DNA of 64,000 nucleotides from Azolla caroliniana (Eukaryota; Plantae; Polypodiophyta): NCBI GenBank assembly GCA_043228905.1, contig JBHGNT010000001.1, positions 2,480,001 to 2,544,000 of the forward strand, read 5' to 3'. Shown piece by piece: positions 1 to 10,913 of this stretch (position 1 is its first letter; each line of letters starts with the position of its first letter). The notes under the pieces were generated by a model. It saw only the letters and a program-made list of their open reading frames with translations, ran no database searches and was not told where the DNA came from. The position numbers and the translations under genes were made by a program.

Positions 1-462
1 CTTATGCGAGGGGTGTTTTGCTTGATAGCCGTCCTAGGATGAATTGGGTTTGTTTGGGTGCATCAGTTGCAGGTAATGTTCTATCATGGGGATGTTATGT
101 TATGAATCACTCGTTACAATCTTTGTCGATGCATTTAGTTTGAGGAGGTGCTATTATGTGCAATGATATGCAAGTGGCATTGGGACAATTTATGGCTTCA
201 TGAATGCCATTGACAATGGATGACTTGTCGAGACAACCTTTGACTTGGAAGTTTCTCTTCTCTTATGCGAGGGGTGTTTTGCTTGATAGCCGTCCTAGGA
301 TGAATTGGGTTTGTTTGGGTGCATCAGTTGCAGGTAATGTTCTATCATGGGGATGTTATGTTATGAATCACTCGTTACAATCTTTGTCGATGCATTTAGT
401 TCGAGGAGGTGCTATTATGTGCAATGATATGCAAGTGGCATTGGGACAATTTATGGCTTCAT
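1..462. repeat. 261-bp tandem duplication (left copy truncated by the window edge)
   Basis: cttatgcgaggggtgttttg... starts at 1 and at 262; near-identical through ...ttatggcttcatg (202 and 462). Confidence 0.95.
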
Positions 463-763
463 GGTCCCCCTCTAGTAATCAGATTTGGTTTGGTTATTTC
501 TCGAGCCTTTAAAAGTTATTTTAGGAGCTAAAGTAACTAACACTATGCGTCATCTTACATACTTTAATGTGGATGATGATGGTAGGTTATGGCATGTATT
601 GTTTGCATCGGATTTGTGGATGTGCGCTAATGTTTCGACTATTCGAGTAGTTGCACAATCCTGAAAAAAATGGAATAGAAATGAGATGAAATGTCCCCTT
701 CCGTTTTCTCTATGTATAGTTCTCAAGTAATATACTAAGGTGCATCTTTCTTTAAAAAAAAAA
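1..763 (+). mobile_element. Probable 3' end of a degenerate non-LTR retrotransposon (LINE) ending in an A-run
   Basis: Trp/Cys-rich broken ORF (204-512) and an A-run at 754-763. An inverted copy of ~673-763 occurs at 2175-2260 inside an insertion with a target-site duplication, so this end is mobile. Confidence 0.45.
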
Positions 764-1419
764 CTTTATTATGAATTTGCATGGCCCATAGCCATTTCTA
801 ATAAGTGCCCCACCAAGAGTCTTGTATATTACCCGATCTCCAAAATTTGTAAGTCGTTGGCACACCAACCAAACCCTTCCTTAGTAGTCAAATGCATGTG
901 TTTGGGCATTGGTGCTTTCAATAATGGTTATAGTATATGTTATGATCATTGAAAGGTGTAAGGTAAAATAGCCCATGTCAAAAGGAAGGAAGTCAAGCTA
1001 TATAAATAAACAAAGGGAACTAGTAGATAAATATTTATGACCATGCATGAAACATAATAAAGTTTGTTGGAGAGCATATAGTACCATGGATAATAGAAGT
1101 CAATGTTACGAATATATAATAATTGAAGATATGTATTGACCACAACATCTCTTAATTCCCAAAATAATGTGTGGTTGATTGGTTTTTGTTGTTCAAATTG
1201 CATGTCTTGAAATAATTATGATTTGTTTGAGAAAATAAGTAAATTTATTCATGTCTAAGAAAATAGTCATGGGTAATAATATGTGCTACTATATCAAGAG
1301 TAGTGGAGATTTAAAATTATACTTGTCAAATGATTGTTATTAAGATGCTAATTAAGGATTTTTGGTATGTACCTTATGTTACAAAAGAAAACCATATAAT
1401 GTTTCAAGTGATGAATTGG

Positions 1420-1550
1420 CCATCAAATGCATTTGTTTGGGCATTGATGATTTCAAGACCATGGGTTATAGATATATGTTATGATCATTGAGATAGAAAA
1501 CAATATATTTCACAAGAGGGTGAATGTGAACAATTTGAACAACTTTGAAA
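1420..1550 (+). mobile_element. Decayed Ty1/copia integrase C-terminal (SH3-like) relic, part of the repeated upstream module
   Basis: Reads IKCICLGI...GY..YDH..RKQYISQE with frameshifts. Homologous to 885-950, 8070-8215, ~25680 and ~30490. Confidence 0.65.
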
Positions 1551-2174
1551 CCAAAATAAGATTAACATGTACATGTGATGTTAAATAGTATTAACAATGA
1601 AATGTTAGAAGAAGTCAAACCAAAAGATAATATAAAGAAATTGACAGGGTACTAGTTAAAAATCATGGTGATAATCTATTATATAGAGTCAATCAAACCC
1701 CAATTTGACATGCACACGACAACTGCATGTACTCAAAATATCATCTGTGGAAATATTTAGTGCCATATCATGATCAATAAAATATGTGCACAAAAGCAAA
1801 ATGAGCTTAATGTATGTGTGGGTAGACACATTCGATGACAAAATCACAAAAAGTGATAATATGATGAAAGCCAACTTGTGGAGTTTGATTTTTTCGTTTT
1901 TCTAGTGACACGAGAATACTTAGAGGATACACTGAAGTTAGAGGAGACGGAGTCGAGAAGTCAAGAAGTCAAGAAGCATTCCCACGAAATTGATCATAAT
2001 GACACCACCTACAATACTAATACTAATAATACAAAATATATAAGTCCAATAGGTGTAAAGTGCAAAATCAGAGTCAAGGGGAAAGAAGTCAAGAAACATA
2101 AATAAATAAAGATAACTGGTAGACAAATATTTAAGACGATAACAATGAAAGGCTAGAGTATGAAGTCAAGGATT

Positions 2175-2348
2175 TTTTTTAAAAAGAAAGAAAGATACAC
2201 CTTAGTATATTACTTGAGAAATGTACATATAGAAAACATTTCATCTCACCTCTATTGTGATACAAAGGCTAATACCAACATTTGATCAAACAAATGAAAT
2301 CATATAAGAAATAAGCGGAGCACTAACTACAAGCTATGCAATAAAAAG
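2175..2348 (-). mobile_element. Short 5'-truncated retroposed insertion with 21-bp target-site duplication
   Basis: Direct repeat tagagtatgaagtcaaggatt at 2154-2174 and 2349-2369. T-run at the left end; 2175-2260 is the reverse complement of ~673-763. Absent from paralogous promoters (e.g. 8841-8870). Confidence 0.75.
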
Positions 2349-2846
2349 TAGAGTATGAAGTCAAGGATTAGTTAGACGTTATTCAATTATTATTCCCATT
2401 TGTAGGAGAGGGAAAAACCAAAGCTATAGAAGATTAGGTTTGATGGTTGAAGTAGTTATTTTAGATTAGTATACGCATTCATTGGCTTTGAGTGGAGTGA
2501 ATTGTGACACTCATTTAGTTTTTATATTAATGTGTGTGTAGGTTTACTATGGCTTCATGGAGGGAATTGTCTAACACTCCCTTCTAATTTTATTTATGTG
2601 TGTAATTTTATTATGGCTTTGTGATGGAAGTGAACACTTCGTTTTTCTTTATATTTATGTGTGTGTAATTTATTATGGGCTTGTGAGTGAATTGAACACT
2701 CTCTTTTACTTTATTTTTTATACAAGATATCCGTACATTGGTTCAAAAAAATATTCATGGAGATGTTATTCGCAAGTATAAACAAATAAACATAGAGTTA
2801 TTTTGTAAAATTAGGCAGGGAATTCCAATGAAGGAGGAGTCTAGTT

Positions 2847-3430
2847 ATGCTAGTTGAAGCAAAGGTATGGTTAAATAATAATATGCCCATGCATTCAGTA
2901 TTGGCATTTTGGAAATGGTTGTGGGCTCTACAGATTCCTCGCAAAATCATTACATTTTTAGATGGTTGTGTGTCCACTATGCACTTCCAGTCTTGGAATG
3001 GATGTAGAGGGAAGAGGGAACCAAAACTTGCTCTTTTTGTGGGCTTCACTTGGAATCAATGCAACATGCCTTATGGAACTGTATGGCTGCATGTTCTGTT
3101 TGGAAACGTATGTTGCGTCTCATTGATGTTGACTATGGACCTAATGTGATTACATGGGGAAATGTCTTTTGGATGGACGTAAATGTGGATAAACATAATT
3201 ATGAAAGGGAAAATATATTGTTTACCCTTCAAACTAGGGGAAGGCAAGTTAAGCACACACGATACTCAAGCCCAAATCGGTTGAATGTGGGTGCCACAGT
3301 ATGGGCCACGATATCGTCGGTGGTTCTATGGAATATTTCGATTGGTCGATGCCAAAATGTGTTTCAGCAAATAAAGCAAAGTCCTATTCATTGTGTGAAA
3401 GAAATTTGTCGATGCTTATCTCAATTCTAA
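2847..3430 (+). mobile_element. Degenerate LINE ORF2 fragment (zf-RVT zinc-binding region), frameshifted
   Basis: Joined across a frameshift near 2957: FWKWLWALQIPRKIITF/WLCVHYALPV...CSFCGLHLESMQHALWNCMAACSVW, the W-x2-LW...P-x-K...C-x2-C...E-x3-H-x3-C...W pattern. Confidence 0.8.
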
Positions 3431-3739
3431 AAGGTCAATATGACTCCACGGATAATGAAGATATGATTTTTCTGAAACAACAATCCTTTAAAGGTAAATG
3501 GAAGGATTTGTTAGTTTTTGTGGAGAGAAATGACAAAAATGGAATGGCAATATGTATCCCCGCGATGGTTGTTCCCTCCATAGGTGGAGGTTGGTTTCAA
3601 TTAGGACATAATGGGGGATATCTAACCCGCCACTAAATTGTATCATTATAGGCTTGTATTTGCTTATTGCATTGGTAATGGAAACTATGGTGTAGTTAAA
3701 TAAAATAAAATAAACAAGAAAAACAAACATAGAGTTATT

Positions 3740-4260
3740 TTTTATATAAGATATCCGCTCATTATGTGCACCATGCTTAAATAGTTGCATGTCGGCTTTT
3801 GACAATTGACACTCTACAATATTTGAGCATTTTAAGTAGGCAACAAATAGGTGCAAGTGTCGACCACAATACAATATCTAGAAAGGTAAGCATCCATATG
3901 CAAGTTATGCAATTTCTATGATTCTCAAAATTAAGAGGTTGTTGCATAATGTAGACTTCTAGTTCAAGTTCTCTATCTAGAAACATTGTTTGAATGTCCA
4001 AGTGATTGAATCCGAGATTTAATTTTGCGACTATAGTCATTATGATATTATTGTTAATTCACTCCTTTAAAGTCAATATCCGACACCTGAGAGAAGGACC
4101 ATGCGATAAGTCAAATTGCTTTGAATAAAATTGGCTTGGCACAAGTCTCCTTTTACGTGTAGAACACACTTACATGTAACAATCTTGCGCCACTCTATGG
4201 GTTTGATCTCCACTACGATCCATGTGTCGCTCTTTGGTAGGGATTCATTTCTTTGTTCAT
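3740..4260 (-). mobile_element. Degenerate Ty1/copia reverse-transcriptase fragment
   Basis: HLDIQTMFLDRELELEVYIMQQPLNF matches DVKTAFLNGELxEEVYMxQPxGF. Upstream fragments resemble 'RKxVxCKWV' and 'FSQxxGIDF'. Confidence 0.75.
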
Positions 4261-4270
4261 GACTTGTCTC

Positions 4271-5314
4271 TAGTTTTCTACATCATGTCCATTTAGAGCA
4301 TTTTCTGCATTACTGGGGTCATCAACGTTGTTGAATGGCTCTTTATCTAGTTCATTTATAAGTATTCGGGATCAAGTTGGTTGGCAAAATGGGCTTCAAG
4401 TTTGGTATGTTCATTGTAGATGTCAAATAGGTATTAAATAAGGGAAATTGGCATAACAAGGTAGTGGGAAATCAGAATAAACTTTATATAGGGAAGTGGG
4501 TATTGTGCGAGCGGGAACAAAAATGGTTACCTTCTATGAAGCACTACAAAAAAGGGGCATACAATGGACCATTTAAAGTTACCAAAAATATGATGCTAAA
4601 CATAGCCTTCAATTGCTAAATGTTGCAATATCAAATGTAGATCCAACCTTTTGTTACTTTTAAAACAACCAATGGATGCAAGAAAAAAACACTATAAGAT
4701 CACCTAGTCTCATGACAAGTAGCATCTACATGCTTATATATAATTAGCTTCTCATTGGTAAATATTAATAGTGGCAAATAACTTAGATGGTTTAATGAGA
4801 ACATTGGAACGAATTGCATGCATATCTCAATTTCATTTCTCCCACCATGGTTTGCTTATTGTTGGCCTACATGTGATATTAATATTGATAGTGATAAGTT
4901 TCAAGAAGTCAAGCATAAAGATCATAATGAAGAAGACAAAATAGTGATATAAAAGTCATGTTGATGGTGAATTATACCGGTTTAGTCAAAGGCACAGACG
5001 ACAACACGCACTCAAAACTAATACCGTGGTCGGGAATCACTACCACATTATCAATAAAGCATGTGCATGGGTGGATACGGTGTTAGGAGGATGAAATTAG
5101 TGGAATTGGCAAATATATGGTGAGTAGTCAAGTCAACTTTCCAAATCACGTTTGTTTTTTTCTTCTTTGCTCCTGTGACACGGGAACTTAGAGATCAAGA
5201 AGTCAGGCAACAACAACCACCCTAATAGTAACAACAATAATAGTAATAGTAATAATTAGAAATATACTAATAATAATAATAATAATAATAATAATAGTAA
5301 TAATAATAATAATA

Positions 5315-5366
<52 letters not shown>

Positions 5367-6175
5367 GATTGTAAAATGAAGAGGCCGAAACCCAAGAGTA
5401 TTAAAAAATTGATGCATCAGAAATAAATATAAGACGTATATAGCAACCAAAGTAGGGGTATGTAGGTCAACATCAATAATAAAGCTGGTGATGTAATTTG
5501 TGTAGGATTTATGATTCATTTCAGGAACTAATTGATGTGAGTTATGTATTGGGTTATTGCACAATTGTGTCCATGGTAGTAGCTAATGAATGGTTAATCA
5601 TGTCTCATATTAGAGGACACCATTTCTTCCCGATGGGCTTATAATTTGTTTTTATTTTATCTTAAGGATAAGGTAAATTATTTCAACATTGCCCAGTGCC
5701 GCCCGCCTAAGGGAAAAATAATAAAACTCCATAATATGTATCTGTTTTTCCTTGGCTTTTTAAATGTTGAGTTGTCTAGTGACACGGGAACTATGCAGAC
5801 GAGATGTGGGAACTTAAAAAGGAGACCTCCTTTTGAAGTATTCCAATGATACCACCTATAATAATAATAATAATAATCAACAACAAAGACAATAATAATA
5901 ATGCAAAAGACATAAGTCAAAAAGGTGTATAAAGTGCAGAGCCTAGGTCAAGTGGAAAGAAGTGAAGCAACATAAATAATAAAGCGATCTGGTAGACGCA
6001 TATTTATGACAAATAACAACAAAAGGCATGAGCATAAAGTGAAGGATTAGGTAACTTGGATGTTATTCAACTATTATTCAATCATCTAGGTATGTATTAG
6101 AATTTCATGGAAATTAATAACATTATTATGCAGTAAAATATACGCAACTGATGTGTTTCATCTAATTGTTCTGGT
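4271..6175. repeat. Segmental duplicate of ~15473-17130 (TE relics plus W-box promoter module)
   Basis: Colinear, highly similar sequence from tagttttctacatcatgtccatttagagc to gtttcatctaattgtt in both places. Confidence 0.9.
5267..5365. repeat. (TAA)n microsatellite
   Basis: About 33 near-perfect TAA units; source of the poly-Leu ORF 5256-5564. Confidence 0.95.
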
Positions 6176-8069
6176 TCTGATCATTTTTGTAGTTCGCTTT
6201 TTGTGATTGATTTTGTGCATATTTTATATTCTTCGTTCTAGTTTATATAATTCCTTCACTCGTCCATCCCTTTGATATTGATCGTCGGAGATGCATTATT
6301 TTTCTTGTACCTAGAGTCAATATCCATTACAATTATTTGATAATCATCGTTATTGGTATTAACCCTGCACCAGAATAGTAATATATTATCTAGACATGTA
6401 TATGAGCTTAATTCATGTAAAAATGCCATTCGTCCTGTTCCGGGTACTCTGTCATTATTCCATGTTTCTTCTGTCTTCTGAACTGTCCTCTGTGCCAGAA
6501 AGTTAACTTTCCATATTAGACCTTATCACACACAAACACTCTTCTTCTTCTTCTTCTTCTTCTTCTTCTTCTGCGTTGACTATATCCATGGATTCACTCG
6601 AATCGATTACTAGGCATTGTTTGTGCCACTAAGAAACAAATCTTTTATAATTTTTTCTTAAGATTGTGATCGTCTTACCATCCATGTCTAATTCATCAGC
6701 CACTAGATAGATGCTCAAGCAGATGGAGGCTTTCCGCGTGCATTAAGAGTGAAACGATCATATATTATCCCTAAATGCGCATTACGCTGTCTATGCGCTT
6801 TCTGCTTAATGCGGACAGTGATTTTGGCACCCAAACCTTTCTTCAAGATAAAAGGTCTATAAGATACACACATTTTTTTAGAGACGTAGGACAAAATAGA
6901 GGTGTAGCTGTAAATAACTAAATGACTTAAAAAAGATATAAAATGTAATATTTATAAACCTCGAAACCCTTCCAAAGTAGACATGATTATAATAGAAGTC
7001 ATATAAAGGTGAAACAGCACTACCTAGAATTGTGACCCCCATTACAAAACCTTGGAACAAGCACAGGAATATAAGTCTCAAATTGGGGGTGGGGGTGTTT
7101 CCCATTGTTTGGCCTGAAAACTAGATCTATGATGACGAAGATTATTATAGGAGAAATGAAGAAATATTAGATCACATCACACCGAAATAGATGCCAATAT
7201 CTATCTTGACTATTATGTTGAGAAACAGTCCTATTCAATATAGGTTCATGATCTTCAAATGATTTAATTGCAAAGGTCCACCCATGGTTGGTGACTGCCT
7301 CATTAAATACAAAATCTAACCGCACACCACCTACACTATCTCAACAAGCTATGTAGGACTTAGAGTCGTAGTTGGAATGGGAGGCTATGCTTACTCGTTG
7401 TGTCCATCACCATGAGTTCCTAATTTCCCCAAAAACAAAGTGAACGTAGTTGTGAGGGCCTACTGCGTAGGTCATGAGAGCTCAATGCATGCTAGGTCAA
7501 AACATAAAGAGGGACTCAAACATTAGTTAAGAGGAAGAGAATGTAGCATAAAAAACATAAGGGGTCATCCAAAGACACCATTATAATGTTGGAGGCCTAC
7601 TCTAATGGTAGTGATCCACCTCGAAACAAAATTGAGATGTCACGACCAAATAGAATCTTTCCACCCTTTAGTTAACAACTTCCCACTCACAATGCAAAAT
7701 ATGTAATTATGCTCACCCATTCAAATGGAGTACCAAATAAATAGCCAGGATGGGGACAATAAAGCTACCACAAACATGGTTGAAACGAGAGCCAATATCC
7801 ACATTCCACATGACCCCCTCACTACAAGAGGTGCACACAAACGAAAAAGAGACCCCAATAAGTCCCACACCACACATTGCATTCTAAGCTATAATCATGG
7901 GAAATAATATGTGCCAACTCTGCCAAGAGTAGTAGAGATTTAAAATTATACTTGTCAAGTGATCGTATTTAGATGCTAATTAAGGATTTCTGACATGTAC
8001 TTGATGTTACGAAAGATTATCATATATTGCTTCAAACTTGTATGAATTGCTTTTCAAGTCATGTTGAAA

Positions 8070-8215
8070 TGGCCATCAAATGCATATGCTTAGGTATTGG
8101 GGCTTTCACGAGTGGTTACAATTATTATGATCATCAAGATAGAAAGCTTTATGTTTCACGAGAGGGTGACTTTGATGAGTCACTCAATTTGAATGATTTT
8201 GAATCCAAAATATGA
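8070..8215 (+). mobile_element. Decayed Ty1/copia integrase C-terminal (SH3-like) relic upstream of gene 9428
   Basis: MAIKCICLGIGAFTSGYNYYDHQDRKLYVSREGDFDE matches the copia pattern KCxFLGY...KGYRxYD..RKxxxSRDVxFxE, also seen in the intact element at ~48685-48790. Confidence 0.8.
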
Positions 8216-8517
8216 TTAACACATACATGTGATATTATCAATATAGTTGACAATGACAATGTACAAGAGGTCAAGCCAAAAGAGAATGGAGAAGTTGACA
8301 GAGTAGTGGTTAAAAATGGTGGTGTTTATCAATTATAAGGACTTAGTCAAACATGCGCACGACAATTGCATGTGTTCAAAGTCTCGTGCTTGGAAATCAC
8401 TAGTGCCACTTTGTGATAAATAAAATATGTCCAATAAAGCAAAATGAGTTTTATGTGTTTGTGCGAGTGAGTCTACACGTATCATAACAAAATCACAAAA
8501 TTTGATAATATGGTGAG

Positions 8518-8986
8518 AGTCAACTTGCGGAGTTTGATTTTTTCGTCGGTCTAATGACAAAGGAATTGCTTAGAGGATGCAGAACAACTTAGAGGAGATT
8601 GGGTCGAGAAGTCAAGAAGAAGCATTCATATTCCATTGATCATAATGACACTACCTACAACAACAATAAAAATAATAATGCCAAATATATAAGTCAATAG
8701 GTGTAAAGGGGCAAACGCCCCGGTCAAGAGGAAAAGAAGTCAAGCAACATAAATTAATAAAGTAAGGTAGTGGACACATAAATAAATAAAGAGAGCTAGC
8801 TAGTAGACAGATATTGATGACACATAACAACAGACGGCTGGAGTATGAAGTCAAGGATTAGTTGGACGTTATTGAATTTTTTATTATTTTGGCAAAATCG
8901 TCTGATATTAACATGGCATGGGGCCATGGCAGTTAATATTAACATATTTGATACGCATTAAAGCTGGGAAGGAGCTGTGTATAAAA
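8518..8986 (+). promoter_or_regulatory. W-box cassette and TATA box of small gene 9428
   Basis: RGTCAA (TTGACY on the minus strand) at 8518, 8610, 8692, 8722, 8738, 8849. TATAAAA at 8980; putative 5'-UTR intron acceptor (ttacAG) at 9299. Confidence 0.7.
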
Positions 8987-9427
8987 CGGCTTCCCCATCA
9001 TCATCTTCTTCTTCTCACACCTTATCTCGTTGTTTGGGTGCCCGGTTCCGGTGAATCCTGGGTTTGTAATGATCTAGTGTTTGTGTGTTCGTATGTAAAA
9101 TCATTCACACCCTCGGATCCAGTTTGTAATTTGTTCAAAATGTTGTAACTTGGTTTTGTCATGCGTATCTTGATGATGTTGTATTTTGATTTTAGGTTTA
9201 TATATAGCTCATTTATTCATTCGTCCGGTTTTCTTTTTTCTTTTTTCTTTTCTTTTGGGGTACTGAACTTTTGGTGATGTGTTAATATTGGCATTACAGA
9301 TCAAAGACCCGGCGATTCCTGAAAATAATTGATTTTGATCATCCTCCTTCCTGGCCTGGTCATTGGCACTAGAGCCCCTTAGTCCGCCATCAACCACTCG
9401 TCGTCTTAAAACCGGAAAAAGAAGAGA

Positions 9428-9754
9428 ATGACTATAACCATTCACAATCAGTGCAACGTCCCTGTCGAAGTGGACGTTATGAGATATGGTAATGGTCAGC
9501 AGGGTTCGGCGACCCGCGTGGATGCAGGAACAAAGCCATTGTCTCTGCACATCAACCATCAGGGCAATGTTTACCAGAACCATGACATTGACAAAATCCG
9601 TGTTACATTCCTGACAGAGCAAGGAAAGCGGATTATTCGCACCAAGCAACACCAGTTAACACAAGCGGATCGCAATGCCAAACATCTCTACTTCGTTATT
9701 ACTTCCGAATATGACCTCCCGCCGCCGACATATACTCCGCCACTGCGTGGCTGA
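9428..9754 (+). CDS. Small beta-rich protein, unassigned tandem family, copy 1 (108 aa, HGN/YGN subgroup)
   Basis: GC-richer ORF with A-rich start context behind a TATA box and 5'-UTR intron. About 40% identical by eye to 18517 (shared RxGN, LSxHIN, QNxD, RxTFL, QHxxTxADRxA, LxFVxT). Confidence 0.85.
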   Translation: MTITIHNQCNVPVEVDVMRYGNGQQGSATRVDAGTKPLSLHINHQGNVYQNHDIDKIRVTFLTEQGKRIIRTKQHQLTQADRNAKHLYFVITSEYDLPPPTYTPPLRG

Positions 9755-10854
9755 CAGTTTCTTTTGTGTTGGGGGTGGGGGGGGGGGGGGGTCGCAGTTG
9801 CAGTAGAGCCCGGGGGTGTCTGGAAATAAAAGGCCAGAGCCAATGGTGATTGATTGCGGGGGTGTCTTATGATTGGCTCACGTAGCCATTCTTGGATATT
9901 GGGGATGCGCAATTTATTCATTGGCTTTGAGCGGAGAGAAGTGGGAGGGAGGGATCATACTGATCCTCCTTTCTTTTTCTAATACTTAATTCATGTCTGC
10001 CGTACTTCTCTTTTTGTTATTATTATTTTTATGTATTTGTGGGAGCGAATTGATCTAATAATCCCGTACTTTCTGTTTGCTAACTAACTCTAAGTGAAGT
10101 GCACACTCCGTTTTATTATAATTTCATGTGTGTAATAAGTTTATTATTTGAAGGCCCTTTTCGTTCTCTCCAACTCTCTATGTCTCGCTCACTCTCACTC
10201 TCTCGTTCGTTCGTTCGTTCGTGAGGGTGAGGTTGAGGTTAAAATGCTTGAGAAAACAGGACCCTTCTTTGCGAGTGGATATATAGGCATTCTATTGGCC
10301 AAGCAAAGGCGAACACCAAATAAAACATAATTGGACTCCTTAGAATTTCAAGCTTAGCACTCGATCATCATGTGACATCATTATAATGGTATGTATGTAT
10401 ACAAGTACGACATATGAAGTCTTTTCATGTATTATTTACATCCACTTAAATGAATCATCTCTACTTTATATGTTTCCATCAAGTGCATTGTACTTACATT
10501 TGAATGTAAGAAATTGGTTGACATCCACGATTACAAAACCTTCACAATTATTGACGCTCGACTACAATATTAGTATAAAGCTGGTGGAACTGGTGTCAAC
10601 AATAATAGGTTATCTAAAGATATGATTCCATATGCATGTCATGTAATTAAATGTACAAGCTATTTATGACATTATGTTTTAGCTATAAACTAACCATTAT
10701 CTCATATGACAGGTGCAATGCCCATAGTAATTATTTTCAAACAATATCCATCCACACTTTGAGGTTATATGGTACTATGTTTTATTTACACACTTTCATT
10801 TTGCATCTTGCTTTACTTGCTTATATCGTACTAATATTGGGTGGGTGGGCAGGG

Positions 10855-10913
10855 GAGTCTCATGGTGAAAGCTAAATGATCATGCTTGGAGGGGTTCAAT
10901 TCCCCTAAGACTC
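10855..10913 (+). other. Truncated tRNA-like hairpin element (4 copies: 10855, 19014, 24383, 28964)
   Basis: GAGTCT..AGACTC acceptor-like stem and a perfect T-arm AGGGG-TTCAATT-CCCCT (B-box-like). Only 59 nt; no anticodon arm. Confidence 0.55.

Noticed and set aside
5256-5564. Poly-Leu 'membrane protein' ORF
   Set aside because: Translation of the (TAA)n microsatellite.
4540-7230. Gypsy GPF (GPFKV at ~4566) and chromodomain-like (EEILDH at ~7158) relics
   Set aside because: Motifs are too short and broken to support as features without a search.
10855-10913. Functional tRNA gene
   Set aside because: Only 59 nt, with no anticodon arm or complete D-arm; kept only as a tRNA-like element.
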